Shown one piece after another: positions 8,670 through 18,301 of a stretch of 52,224 nucleotides of DNA. The DNA comes from a virus (taxonomy: Duplodnaviria; Caudoviricetes), in IMG/VR virus record IMGVR_UViG_3300025674_000061, positions 1 through 52,224 of that record; one strand, given 5' to 3'. Positions within the stretch are counted from its first letter, which is position 1. The number at the start of each line of letters is the position of its first letter. The translations under genes were made by a program, and so were the position numbers. Under the pieces are notes generated by a model that was not told the origin of the DNA, did no database searches, and saw only the letters and a list, made by a program, of their open reading frames with translations.

Positions 8670-9492
8670 TTAATTCTTTCCCCCGTCGTTTGATGTAGTC
8701 AAGTGTTGAATAGTATTTTGTAAGACTTTCTTTGTCTTGTTTTCGAATCCAGTTCCAAAGACTATCATTAGCTTGGAACTTAGGATTATGATAGTGGGAA
8801 TTGAAAGTTCTACCATGTTCAAAGTGATAGATGTCATCAATGACTCTACCAACTTTAAATCCAAATAGATTTAGGCGATAATAAAACTCACAATCTTCTG
8901 CTCCCCAAGAAATGAACTCTTCATTCCAAAGACCAGCAGATACCTCACATGATTTGGTGATCATCTGACCCCAACCAATAGAGGATGGGATACGAACTTT
9001 GTTATCCTTTAGAACATCAAAGTCAAAGTCACTTCCATCATGAGATGAAAGGAACTTATCTAACAGTTGGTCACCATAGTTAACAGCCCACTGATAGATT
9101 CCGCATCCAAAAGGATAAACAGCATCAGAGCCTTCTTTAGTGATGGAATGGTATGCAAGTTCATGACTATTCTTAGGTACAACAACATCCACATCATGAT
9201 TATACACGATTGGAGTATCTGCGGCTACACAGAGATCATTGAGAATTCTAGTCTTATGAAAGAACTTCTCTTCACTCTCCTCAAAGATATGTTTGAGTTG
9301 ACTTGTGTCACCAACATACTTTTTAATTTGAGGAAGAGCATACTCCTTGAAATTAGAAGTGGTATCTACTTCTTTGATTAGAACTTTTGCCTCTGGAAAG
9401 TTCTTAAGTAGATACGTTACTGATGTAATTACATTGCGGAGACGATCGTCCGTCTCAATTCGACAAGGCAGGAGATAAGTTAGATCTTTCAT
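8656..9492 (-). CDS. GT2/GT7-like glycosyltransferase
   Basis: DVD motif; GLWNEEFISWGAEDCE; terminal H-x-x-H (HFEH). Confidence 0.8.
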   Translation of the reverse strand: MKDLTYLLPCRIETDDRLRNVITSVTYLLKNFPEAKVLIKEVDTTSNFKEYALPQIKKYVGDTSQLKHIFEESEEKFFHKTRILNDLCVAADTPIVYNHDVDVVVPKNSHELAYHSITKEGSDAVYPFGCGIYQWAVNYGDQLLDKFLSSHDGSDFDFDVLKDNKVRIPSSIGWGQMITKSCEVSAGLWNEEFISWGAEDCEFYYRLNLFGFKVGRVIDDIYHFEHGRTFNSHYHNPKFQANDSLWNWIRKQDKESLTKYYSTLDYIKRRGKELNASL

Positions 9493-10385
9493 TCTGGAGT
9501 CACTGGGGTTGGGTCATTGTGTACCTTCACCCATCTTTCAGGGATCATATCCTTCATGTTGTAGTGTGCGTATGCAGGACCGAACCAAGGGTCAGGAGCG
9601 ACTACCTTAACGTCAAGACCCTGCAACCATGCGCCCCACCAACTCAGAGAAGAGTTAGCGATAATCGCACCACCACACATACTCATGAGACAAAGGTCAA
9701 TGTAGGGGACTGAGGCACCGTCTCCGAACTCTTCATAAGAAGCGTCAGAGAAATAGAATCGATCACCCTGCAACCAAGACTGTTCCTTGCACCAATCAAT
9801 AGTATCAGAAACAACAACGACTTTCTTGTCGTCTGGGAACATCTTTAAAGCTTCAAGATAATATTCAGCTTTACAGAGCGGGTGGTATTCTTGGACCATC
9901 TGATAAGACCACTTCTCCCCTCTGCGCCCAGTAAGATTTGGAGAACCGCGACGAACGTGCAAAAAGATGCACTCATCACGTCCACCAAGAGAAGCAATAA
10001 ACTCTTTACACGGCTCCGAATACGCCTTCTTAAAAGTGAAATCCTCACGGATAGACGAGGCGATGGCCTCGAAATACTTTTCTGTTTGGAAGTTGCCTGA
10101 GAAGTTTGTGTTATCTTCGCATTCATTGAAAATCTGTTCGTTGAAGTGCATGTCACGATACTCAACCTTCTTGGCGAAGAATGGTTCCCCAGTATTTTTA
10201 CTGAGGTCACAGTTGGCGAGTTCAAAACAATCAAATAGGCCGTAGTTATCTAGTCGATCTGCGTCGGGACCAGGAATGATCCAGTCGAATCCACGATTAG
10301 CGGCAACGCCACGAACAAAAGCATACTGAAACATCTGGTTACCCAGACGACCTTCGTTGCCAAGACCCTGAAATGAAATAGACAT
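9489..10385 (-). CDS. GT11 alpha-1,2-fucosyltransferase-like
   Basis: GRLGNQMFQYA, HVRRG, NSSLSWWGAWL. Confidence 0.92.
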   Translation of the reverse strand: MSISFQGLGNEGRLGNQMFQYAFVRGVAANRGFDWIIPGPDADRLDNYGLFDCFELANCDLSKNTGEPFFAKKVEYRDMHFNEQIFNECEDNTNFSGNFQTEKYFEAIASSIREDFTFKKAYSEPCKEFIASLGGRDECIFLHVRRGSPNLTGRRGEKWSYQMVQEYHPLCKAEYYLEALKMFPDDKKVVVVSDTIDWCKEQSWLQGDRFYFSDASYEEFGDGASVPYIDLCLMSMCGGAIIANSSLSWWGAWLQGLDVKVVAPDPWFGPAYAHYNMKDMIPERWVKVHNDPTPVTPE

Positions 10386-10392
10386 CTATTAT

Positions 10393-11247
10393 TTACCTCA
10401 AAAGTTTAACATAGGGATACTCATCGGACATTCTTCCGTCATAGTTTTTGTACTCTTGTGCTGTATTCAATTCTATATCACAATAAAAATATTGTCTACC
10501 TTGTCTAGGAACGTTTGTTTGCCACCCCATAAAATTAAGAACTCCACTAGGACTAGAAGTAATAGATTCGTTTATTAAACTTTCATCACCATTCCAGTTC
10601 CAAGGAACACAGGAATCAACAGTAATTAAATTTGATTGACTTTTAAAAGCCGTCATTCTCAAAAACCCTTCACTATAACTAGAAAAAACATCATTGCGTT
10701 TATCATTTTTATTCCACTTCATACCATTAGTGGCATGAAATATAACAGATAATCCCCTATCTACAAGGTGTCTTTCACAAAAAGCAATTCCTAATTCTTC
10801 AGCTGCACCCCACATATCATTACAAATCATACCAATAGCCCAGACTCCTGATTCCAATTCAAAATATCGAACAGGATCGTCATTAAGTCTACCAAGGCAT
10901 CGGTCTTGTGAAATACAATAGGTCTTACGAGTTATCGTATTTAATTTACTAGACTTGTCATAATGTCGGATTTGATTCCTATGAATTAATCCAATGGATT
11001 CTTTTTCTTTTGTAAGTACACCCAAATGTAGTCCAACACCACGTTGACATTGTTCTATTTCTTTGAGAGCACTAGATATTTCTTCGTCCTTTTCTTGCCA
11101 TCCATCACAATATCCAGAGAGAGCTCCCTCTGGGGTCAAAAGATGGTCAACTCTATTTTGTTTTGCCCAATCTAAAGCCTTTAGGATCTCTCTCTTATTG
11201 GATTGAATATTTGGTCCTACAGGAATTTGAGCTCCTGCTATACGCAT
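10393..11247 (-). CDS. Carbon-nitrogen hydrolase (nitrilase superfamily)
   Basis: MRIAGAQ; E-K-C triad in TPEG / RKTY / ICND. Confidence 0.8.
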   Translation of the reverse strand: MRIAGAQIPVGPNIQSNKREILKALDWAKQNRVDHLLTPEGALSGYCDGWQEKDEEISSALKEIEQCQRGVGLHLGVLTKEKESIGLIHRNQIRHYDKSSKLNTITRKTYCISQDRCLGRLNDDPVRYFELESGVWAIGMICNDMWGAAEELGIAFCERHLVDRGLSVIFHATNGMKWNKNDKRNDVFSSYSEGFLRMTAFKSQSNLITVDSCVPWNWNGDESLINESITSSPSGVLNFMGWQTNVPRQGRQYFYCDIELNTAQEYKNYDGRMSDEYPYVKLLR

Positions 11248-12122
11248 TACTTACTCCAATCTAAAGTTTCCCAATATGCGGGTACGATTTGACTGGTGTC
11301 GAGATGAGACATAGCAGTACCAAACCACTTCTCTGGATTGGGTGCTACAACTTTACCACGACCTTTTTGTAACCAAGCGCCCCACCAAGAGAAGGAAGAG
11401 TTGGCAATAATTGCACCATTACAAAGACTCATCAGACACAGATCAACCTGAGGTAGAAGAGTGTTCTGCATCTTGCCAGTGCCATCAATGGTCTGGTACT
11501 GATACCTCTCAGGATTATCATTGAACATGAATCTATCCTGTTTGAAGAACTCCTGAGACTTGCACCACTCTAGATCATCAGTGAATACAAAGCAAGGAGT
11601 ATCTTCAGGGAATTGTTTTAGCGCGTCTTCAAAGAACGAAATGGGAAGGATGGGGTGATACTCTTCTCTCCCAATGTTGTCAGACTGACGAACATGGAGA
11701 AAGATAGGAGGACGATCCAGGCTGTTAATGTACTCCATACAAGGAGTGAGATAATCCTCTCTAAACGTGAAGTCTTCATGGATCTGGTCAGCAATATGAA
11801 CGAAATAGTTCTCGGTTTGCATATAACCATCTAGGTTCACGCCATCAGTGCAGTAGAAAAGACTTTCATCAAAGGCGTGAGTTGTTTCTTGAATTGTCAT
11901 TGCACTATTAAACCCAAGGTTCTCGGGTTTACAGTGAGTCATTTCAAAGGTTTCAAACAATCCATAGTTATCTTTATGGTTGTGTTCCTCAGGTGGAATC
12001 ATCCACTGGAAACCATTATAAGCTGCAATACCTCTGAGAGAGGCGTACTGGAACATTTGATTTCCCAGTCGCCCATTACTCCCAAGGCGATTATAACTAA
12101 TCGTCAAAGATCTATCCTCCAA
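11247..12122 (-). CDS. GT11 alpha-1,2-fucosyltransferase-like
   Basis: GRLGNQMFQYA, HVRQSD, NSSFSWWGAWL. Confidence 0.92.
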   Translation of the reverse strand: MEDRSLTISYNRLGSNGRLGNQMFQYASLRGIAAYNGFQWMIPPEEHNHKDNYGLFETFEMTHCKPENLGFNSAMTIQETTHAFDESLFYCTDGVNLDGYMQTENYFVHIADQIHEDFTFREDYLTPCMEYINSLDRPPIFLHVRQSDNIGREEYHPILPISFFEDALKQFPEDTPCFVFTDDLEWCKSQEFFKQDRFMFNDNPERYQYQTIDGTGKMQNTLLPQVDLCLMSLCNGAIIANSSFSWWGAWLQKGRGKVVAPNPEKWFGTAMSHLDTSQIVPAYWETLDWSK

Positions 12123-13255
12123 ACAGGTTCATGAATTTCACTCTTGTTAGTAACGAAAACAATGTTGTCACCGTAGGCATCAATCAAGTCATCTTCACAT
12201 TGAGAAACGACATCATCAATTTCCTCAACATAAACAGTATAACCTTTCTTGAGTAGATCTTCAACCAGTCGAAGTCTAGGACTTTCAACTACCATATCAG
12301 TTCCTTTCTTAAAACAAATGCTTTGAATAAAGAAAGGAAGTTTATCTACGTTCTGTTCGACGCAATAGTTAGCAATGAAATTTGCATGTGCATCGTTGAA
12401 CTTATCCGTAACATCGGGAAGACTATATTCTAGTCCCACGCGATTAGCGTAGTGTCCCAATGCACGGTTGTCTCGGGGGAGACAAGGACCACCGAAGCCT
12501 AATCCGTAACGCAAGTATTTAGACCCCACTCTGGTGTCGTCTCCGACAGCGGAGAGGACGTTATCAATCTCATCACCACAACCAGCGTTGTAGAGAATCT
12601 GACCCATCATGTTTGCATAACTGATCTTATAGGTCAGGAAACAGTTCACACCAATCTTAGTGATCTCTGCTGCTGTACGAGACATTGGATAGAAATGAAC
12701 ATCAACATCTTGAATATCATCAAAGATACCTTCGATAATATCAAATCCTTCTTGATCATCACCACCACAAAGAATCATGTCTGCATTACGCATATCTTTG
12801 AGGATGGAACCCTGAGCAATAAACTCAGGATTATAGTAAACTCGAAGACCCCTGTCCTTTAATCTCTCCTGAACTGTGTCGGAGTACCCAGGATTCGTGG
12901 TACAACCAATAACAAAGATCTTGCCATCAAGGTTAGGAGAGTCTTCTAGGTCTTGTACAACCTGTTCGACATACTGAACATCATAAGAACCATCTTCAAG
13001 AGATGGAGTGGGAACGAAGGTAAAGATAACATCAGAGTTACGAATAACATCCCTGTTACTAACAGTAGCAGTGAGATTCTCCGATCGCATTAAAAGATCT
13101 TCTACCTCAGGTTCATTAGAAAAGATCTCTTTGTTATTAAGATCCTGAACGTAATGCCTGTTTACGTCAGAACATTGGACATGATGTCCTGCAGCCTCAC
13201 AAAGGAGAGCAAAACAGATACCAAGTCGTCCTGCTCCGATAACACCGATGTTCAT
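12104..13255 (-). CDS. ugd: UDP-glucose/GDP-mannose 6-dehydrogenase family
   Basis: GAGRLG, VPTP, NPEF, GFGGPCLPRD. Confidence 0.88.
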   Translation of the reverse strand: MNIGVIGAGRLGICFALLCEAAGHHVQCSDVNRHYVQDLNNKEIFSNEPEVEDLLMRSENLTATVSNRDVIRNSDVIFTFVPTPSLEDGSYDVQYVEQVVQDLEDSPNLDGKIFVIGCTTNPGYSDTVQERLKDRGLRVYYNPEFIAQGSILKDMRNADMILCGGDDQEGFDIIEGIFDDIQDVDVHFYPMSRTAAEITKIGVNCFLTYKISYANMMGQILYNAGCGDEIDNVLSAVGDDTRVGSKYLRYGLGFGGPCLPRDNRALGHYANRVGLEYSLPDVTDKFNDAHANFIANYCVEQNVDKLPFFIQSICFKKGTDMVVESPRLRLVEDLLKKGYTVYVEEIDDVVSQCEDDLIDAYGDNIVFVTNKSEIHEPVWRIDL

Positions 13256-14016
13256 TATACCTCCAGTTTAAAAGTAGGAATGGGATTCATTTTATGTTGA
13301 TTTTTACAGTTAAACTCATGCAAGATTTTAACTGCTGGTCCAGTGCCATGTTCCATGGCATACTCAAGGTCTTCATAAGATGCACCGATCTGATCTTCAT
13401 CAGTACGACCATCTTCCCACAGACCATCAGTGGGTTTTGCATTAAGAATCTCTGGAATTACTCCAACAAATCGTCCGAGTTCTCTGACCTCGGTTTTGTA
13501 AAGGTCAGCAATAGGGGCGATATCAACACCACCATCACCATACTTAGTATAAAAACCGACTCCATAATCTTCTACCTTGTTACCAGTACCAACAACAATA
13601 CCATTAACGGATGCAGCAACCTGATATAGGGTCATCATTCTCATACGAGACTTACTATTTGCCCTGGCCATATCATTGATGGTGTATTCCACTCCAAGAT
13701 CAGCCGTAAGTTGTTTGATAAACTTAGTAAAAGGCTTTGTAAGATCTGTCTTAAGAACTGTCACATTTGGATAATTCTTTTCCAACCAGAATAGATGGGC
13801 ATCAGAAAGAGTTTCCTGTTCAGGACTCTGATTGAGTGGCATACCCATTGCATAGACAGGAAGTCCAGTCTTTGCAGCTAGAGTAGAAGAAACGGCGGAA
13901 TCAATCCCACCAGACACTCCTACAACTAGGGATTCAATATTGTTGTCACTACAGTACTTACAAAGAAAGAGAGTAATATCGCAAGTTACTTTGAGATAAT
14001 CACTAATTCGATTCAT
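13255..14016 (-). CDS. nadE: NH3-dependent NAD+ synthetase family
   Basis: GVSGGIDS, NSKSRMRM, GTGNKVE, GFYTKYGDG, DLYKTEV, PTDGL..DE. Confidence 0.92.
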   Translation of the reverse strand: MNRISDYLKVTCDITLFLCKYCSDNNIESLVVGVSGGIDSAVSSTLAAKTGLPVYAMGMPLNQSPEQETLSDAHLFWLEKNYPNVTVLKTDLTKPFTKFIKQLTADLGVEYTINDMARANSKSRMRMMTLYQVAASVNGIVVGTGNKVEDYGVGFYTKYGDGGVDIAPIADLYKTEVRELGRFVGVIPEILNAKPTDGLWEDGRTDEDQIGASYEDLEYAMEHGTGPAVKILHEFNCKNQHKMNPIPTFKLEV

Positions 14017-14800
14017 CTTTACGTGTGGCGAGAATAACAGTGTTTTCGTAGTCTTTACCTACGTCAAAGGTGTAATTTTCTTTCACCTTATCTATGAAAT
14101 CATTATAGTAGAAATCATTAAAATTGACAAGATTGTAGATAATGTAAGCAAACTTAGAATTTGCGACCAACTTATCATAGTATTCCATCTGGGTCTCTAC
14201 ATTGCACTCAGAGAGAGCATAGTTGCTGATGAAGAGGTCGATGTCTTTGATCTCTTCGTACTCAGTGCATGGAATACATTTTACCTTATCTTTGATATCT
14301 GGGAACTGATCGATGTACTTTCGTTGCAAAGCAGAGACTTCTGGAAGGTCAATCAGAACATACTCATCAAACTCACAGACAGTACTGAGAACCTTACACA
14401 GTCCACCATATCCACCACCAACTTCTACAATGCGACCAATCTCTGCATCATTACAGAGAAAAGAGATCTCAAAAGTGTTCTTAATGTACCTAGCAGTGGT
14501 AGGAGAAATCATTCCCACACCAGAGTACATGTGTACCTCGGGATTACCATACTTATCATTCTCTTTAAAACCAGCAAGGTTACCAAAGAGTGCAGTCTCA
14601 TTCATGTCAACAGCCATGTTCAGGTACTGTTCACCCTGAGACTTGAGGACATGTTCTAGAATAGTCTTATACTTGGGATTACTTTTGAAGTTAGCAAAGG
14701 CTTGATCATCCTCTACAGCTTCAATGCAAGCAGCAATATACTCATCTGCAATCTGAGTTTCTGCTTCCCATCCTTTACGGTCTTGTACTGTGGTCGTCAT
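14003..14800 (-). CDS. Putative sugar O-methyltransferase
   Basis: IVEVGGGYGG SAM motif, LIDLPE, ISNYALSE. Confidence 0.8.
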   Translation of the reverse strand: MTTTVQDRKGWEAETQIADEYIAACIEAVEDDQAFANFKSNPKYKTILEHVLKSQGEQYLNMAVDMNETALFGNLAGFKENDKYGNPEVHMYSGVGMISPTTARYIKNTFEISFLCNDAEIGRIVEVGGGYGGLCKVLSTVCEFDEYVLIDLPEVSALQRKYIDQFPDIKDKVKCIPCTEYEEIKDIDLFISNYALSECNVETQMEYYDKLVANSKFAYIIYNLVNFNDFYYNDFIDKVKENYTFDVGKDYENTVILATRKDESN

Positions 14801-15753
14801 ACTGTTACGGGCCTCTGGTTTCTAAGTGGATCTAATTGAACTAGGTAGTTCTTGTACATATAGTCTTCTGCAGTTCTCATTTCCTTAGCAATATTGAAGT
14901 TCTCTTCAATAGCATCTTTCTTTGACTCATAGTATTCTGGAGTCAACTTGTCCCAAGGAATATTTTCATGGGGTTGATTCTGATCAAGGAAAATGATACC
15001 CTCATGATTAAAATACTGTGCAACTCCTGCAGTACCATAGTACACAGGAATGGTTCCACAGGCAAAACAATCAGTTAGTTTCTCTGTGAAGTAGGTTGGA
15101 TAATTTGCGTTCTCAACAGCAAAGGAGAACATATAATCTCTAAGTGCTCTAGACTTTTCCTTAAGAGGAAGTTCTTGAGGAAGTCCCCAACCAAACAAAT
15201 CATCACCACCAAACTTATTCCAGTATTCCTGTACTACTTTGAGGCGACGTTGATGTCCCACAGTGTATCCTTTGTTAGATGCGACCATTGAGACGAGCTT
15301 AGACTTGGGATAGAGGTCTCTGTCCATGACCCAAGGAGCAGCATTAGAGAGGCAATAAAGAAATTTACCGTCAGGACCCGCCTCGTGAGTGAGTCTTTGG
15401 TCACAAGTAAAGATACCATCCACACGACTAGCAACAAAATCATAGTTGTCCTCAATGAATTTGTACTGTTCAGGAATGATCTCCCTAGACTCTAGTAACC
15501 AAATAAACTTTGGAAGATTACTGGTATCTTCCAAAGCTTTCAAAGCAAAATGATTTACATAGAGGTTACAAAGTCCAGAACCATCATGAACCCATCTAGT
15601 ATAGACGGATCTATTGTTAGCAGATGTAGATGGTTCTAAAGAATCATTACAAATTAAATTGATTGGAAACTTATTCTCTGGTCCCAAAATAGGAAGGTCT
15701 AAACCTCCAGGGTTCTGACGTGCTTGTCCAAGAACCTCTTTAATATCACTCAT
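14797..15753 (-). CDS. GT10-like (alpha-1,3-fucosyltransferase-like) glycosyltransferase
   Basis: YMFSFAVEN...YFTEKLTDCF..GTIPVYYG. Confidence 0.8.
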   Translation of the reverse strand: MSDIKEVLGQARQNPGGLDLPILGPENKFPINLICNDSLEPSTSANNRSVYTRWVHDGSGLCNLYVNHFALKALEDTSNLPKFIWLLESREIIPEQYKFIEDNYDFVASRVDGIFTCDQRLTHEAGPDGKFLYCLSNAAPWVMDRDLYPKSKLVSMVASNKGYTVGHQRRLKVVQEYWNKFGGDDLFGWGLPQELPLKEKSRALRDYMFSFAVENANYPTYFTEKLTDCFACGTIPVYYGTAGVAQYFNHEGIIFLDQNQPHENIPWDKLTPEYYESKKDAIEENFNIAKEMRTAEDYMYKNYLVQLDPLRNQRPVTV

Positions 15754-16600
15754 GGTAATGCTTCATCTCTCGATATACGTTTGCGATACCCTCTTCGATA
15801 CTTGTTTTTGGTTTCCACCATTTAGTAATAAAGGGGTCTGCTTGGTTGCGAGCATCTTTCTGAACAGTGTCTTTGGAGTCCGCAGGTACAACCTTAACTT
15901 CTTGACCATCAGCAGCAAATAGATCTTGGATAATGTTTCCAACTTCCAGAATGCTTGTACTGACAAAAGAAGTAATATGAAGAGGGTCAAAAGAGGTGAA
16001 GTCATCGTAATTTTCCATGACTGCCTCAAGAGCCTCACAGCAATCTTCTGCGTAGAGAAACTCTCTTTGTTCTGTACCATCTGTCATCATGTCGATGACA
16101 CCGTTCCTAAATCCCTTTACGATAAAGTCTGTAATGACGTGGGCTTTTTCCATGTCATTCTCAATACCATACACGTTCCAGAACTTAACAATCTTGCCAC
16201 CAAGCGACTCAGTATATAGTTCACCAACTCTCTTCATCACACCGTAAGGAGAGTAACTCATGCTACTCATCTGGGAAGATGCAAACACAAAGGGAGTCTT
16301 GAATTCTTCAAGATACTGAAATGCATTTGCCATCAACCTGGCATTATTATTGATGAAGTTGAAGGTGTGTTGATACTTCTTCAGGTAGTGGGAACCACCA
16401 ACATCAAAGGCAAGGAAGAAACAGAAATCAGTATCCACAAGTGCATCTCGAAGATTCACATTGGGGATACGAGTCATATCCTGCCAATCTGCATTAGCAA
16501 CATCAAACTCAACTACAGTATGTCCTTTTGCTTTCAAATACTGGGTCAGGTAGGCACCCACCTGACCAGCAGATCCTAAAATGGTAATCTTCATGCCCAA
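15746..16600 (-). CDS. NAD-dependent epimerase/dehydratase
   Basis: GSAGQVG, FASS, YGVMK, NVYG. Confidence 0.88.
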   Translation of the reverse strand: MGMKITILGSAGQVGAYLTQYLKAKGHTVVEFDVANADWQDMTRIPNVNLRDALVDTDFCFFLAFDVGGSHYLKKYQHTFNFINNNARLMANAFQYLEEFKTPFVFASSQMSSMSYSPYGVMKRVGELYTESLGGKIVKFWNVYGIENDMEKAHVITDFIVKGFRNGVIDMMTDGTEQREFLYAEDCCEALEAVMENYDDFTSFDPLHITSFVSTSILEVGNIIQDLFAADGQEVKVVPADSKDTVQKDARNQADPFITKWWKPKTSIEEGIANVYREMKHYHE

Positions 16601-17187
16601 TCAATATCGTGCTTAGAACCAAAGTTTACAAGTCCAGTACCACTCATGTGACCAACTGGAGTCACATCAATCTTGGGTTCTTCAATTGCATCCCACATGT
16701 CCTGAACCTCAGGCCAACCAGGACCAATATCATCCAGAAGCATGATACCTTTCCAACCTTTCTCGTTCAAGAATTCCATCATCTCAACTTCTTGAACACC
16801 GTCATGGGGATCAACATCGATCATGATGATAGAAATGTTATCCCAATCAAGAGTTTCATCCTCACGGAAGTCTTGAATCTTGAAAGTGATATTCTCTTTC
16901 TTGATAGCAGAGCTAGCACCCTGTTCAACCAGATCATAACTGATAACTTGGTTCTTATCGTTGTAAGAAAGAGCAAGTGCAGAACCTCCTGTACGGGTTC
17001 CAACGTCAAGGATGGTGGTGTTTTCAAACTGACTGGAGAGCCATGCATAGAGACGATACTCGCTCTGTCCTGCAGTCAACCAGTCGTTAGGATTGATGGA
17101 TTGTTCCTCAAGAGCAGACACATCTAGTGCCCGCACTGCATCCTTATCAATTCGAATAGTCTTTTTAGTCAGTGTAGAATTAGGCAT
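16591..17187 (-). CDS. Class I SAM-dependent methyltransferase
   Basis: LDVGTRTGGS, IDVDPH, LDD. Confidence 0.8.
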   Translation of the reverse strand: MPNSTLTKKTIRIDKDAVRALDVSALEEQSINPNDWLTAGQSEYRLYAWLSSQFENTTILDVGTRTGGSALALSYNDKNQVISYDLVEQGASSAIKKENITFKIQDFREDETLDWDNISIIMIDVDPHDGVQEVEMMEFLNEKGWKGIMLLDDIGPGWPEVQDMWDAIEEPKIDVTPVGHMSGTGLVNFGSKHDIDWA

Positions 17188-18226
17188 TTACAAGTTCCTT
17201 AGATGTAGTTTCAGATTCCTTACGGGATTTAATTTGTTCAGAGATCCAGGCATAAGTGATACGAATGCCTTCCTCTAGAGATTGAGAATAATCCCAACCA
17301 AGTTTCTCACGGATGAGATCGTTATTGGAGTTACGTCCACGGACACCAAGAGGTGCATCTAGTTTGTGTCGTTTCTGAACCACTTTACCAGATACCTTAG
17401 CGGCAGTCTCAACCAGTTGGTTAATCGTTACCATTTCCTCAGAACCAATATTAACTGGTCCCATGAACTCTCCGTCCATCAGTCGTCGAGTCGCTTCAAT
17501 GCATTCATTAATGAACAGGAAGGAACGAGTTTGTAGACCGTCTCCCCACACCTCGATGGATCCACCTGTCTCTGGGAGGTAAGCGACTTTACGGCAGATT
17601 GCAGCTGGAGCTTTCTCCTTTCCACCTTCCCAGGTTCCTTCTGGTCCAAAGATATTATGATACCTAGCAACACGAACAGGGATCCCATAGTTACGATTGT
17701 AAGCAAGGAAGAGACGCTCAGAGAATAGTTTTTCCCATCCATACTCGGAGTCGGGGTTAGCTGGGTATGCGGATTCTTCACGGCAGTCAGGGTTGTCAGG
17801 ATCCAGTTGATTGTGTTCTGGGTACATGCAAGCAGAAGAACTATAGAAGATCTTCGTTGCATTTACATTATTAGTTTCATTATAATCTCTAACGGCATCC
17901 AATACGTTCAAGTTAATGGATGCGGAGTTGTGCATGATATCGGCGGAATGTTCATCTGTGAAGATGTATCCTGCTCCACCCATGTCAGCAGCAAACTGAT
18001 AAATCTCATCAAACGGTTCGGAATCAGGAGAGATGATGAGTTCCTTAACTCTAACAGCATCCCTCAGGTCAGCTTGAACAAAGTCATCTGCTGCAGATAC
18101 ACTGAACTCAGGGTACTTAATATCGACCCCACGAACCCAGTATCCTTCAGAACGAAGACGTTTTACCATGTGACTTCCAATGAACCCACCAGCACCCAGA
18201 ACGAGTGCAGTTTTACTATTTGCCAT
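17180..18226 (-). CDS. GDP-mannose 3,5-epimerase-like SDR
   Basis: GAGGFIG, AADMGGAGYI, SSACMYP, YGWEK, GGKEKAPAAICRK, GVRGRNSNN. Confidence 0.85.
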   Translation of the reverse strand: MANSKTALVLGAGGFIGSHMVKRLRSEGYWVRGVDIKYPEFSVSAADDFVQADLRDAVRVKELIISPDSEPFDEIYQFAADMGGAGYIFTDEHSADIMHNSASINLNVLDAVRDYNETNNVNATKIFYSSSACMYPEHNQLDPDNPDCREESAYPANPDSEYGWEKLFSERLFLAYNRNYGIPVRVARYHNIFGPEGTWEGGKEKAPAAICRKVAYLPETGGSIEVWGDGLQTRSFLFINECIEATRRLMDGEFMGPVNIGSEEMVTINQLVETAAKVSGKVVQKRHKLDAPLGVRGRNSNNDLIREKLGWDYSQSLEEGIRITYAWISEQIKSRKESETTSKELVNA

Positions 18227-18250
18227 AGTCTAGTTTTTTGACTGCGTTGA

Positions 18251-18258
18251 TATTTATT
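18251..18258 (-). promoter_or_regulatory. T4-type (gp55) late promoter heading the sugar operon
   Basis: AATAAATA about 25 nt upstream of the ATG at 18226. Confidence 0.7.
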
Positions 18259-18263
18259 ATAAT

Positions 18264-18289
18264 AAAAAAAGGGTATTTTGACAATACCC
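18264..18289 (-). terminator. Rho-independent terminator
   Basis: GGGTATT-GTCAA-AATACCC followed by T7. Confidence 0.8.
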
Positions 18290-18301
18290 ATTCCTTCGTA
18301 T

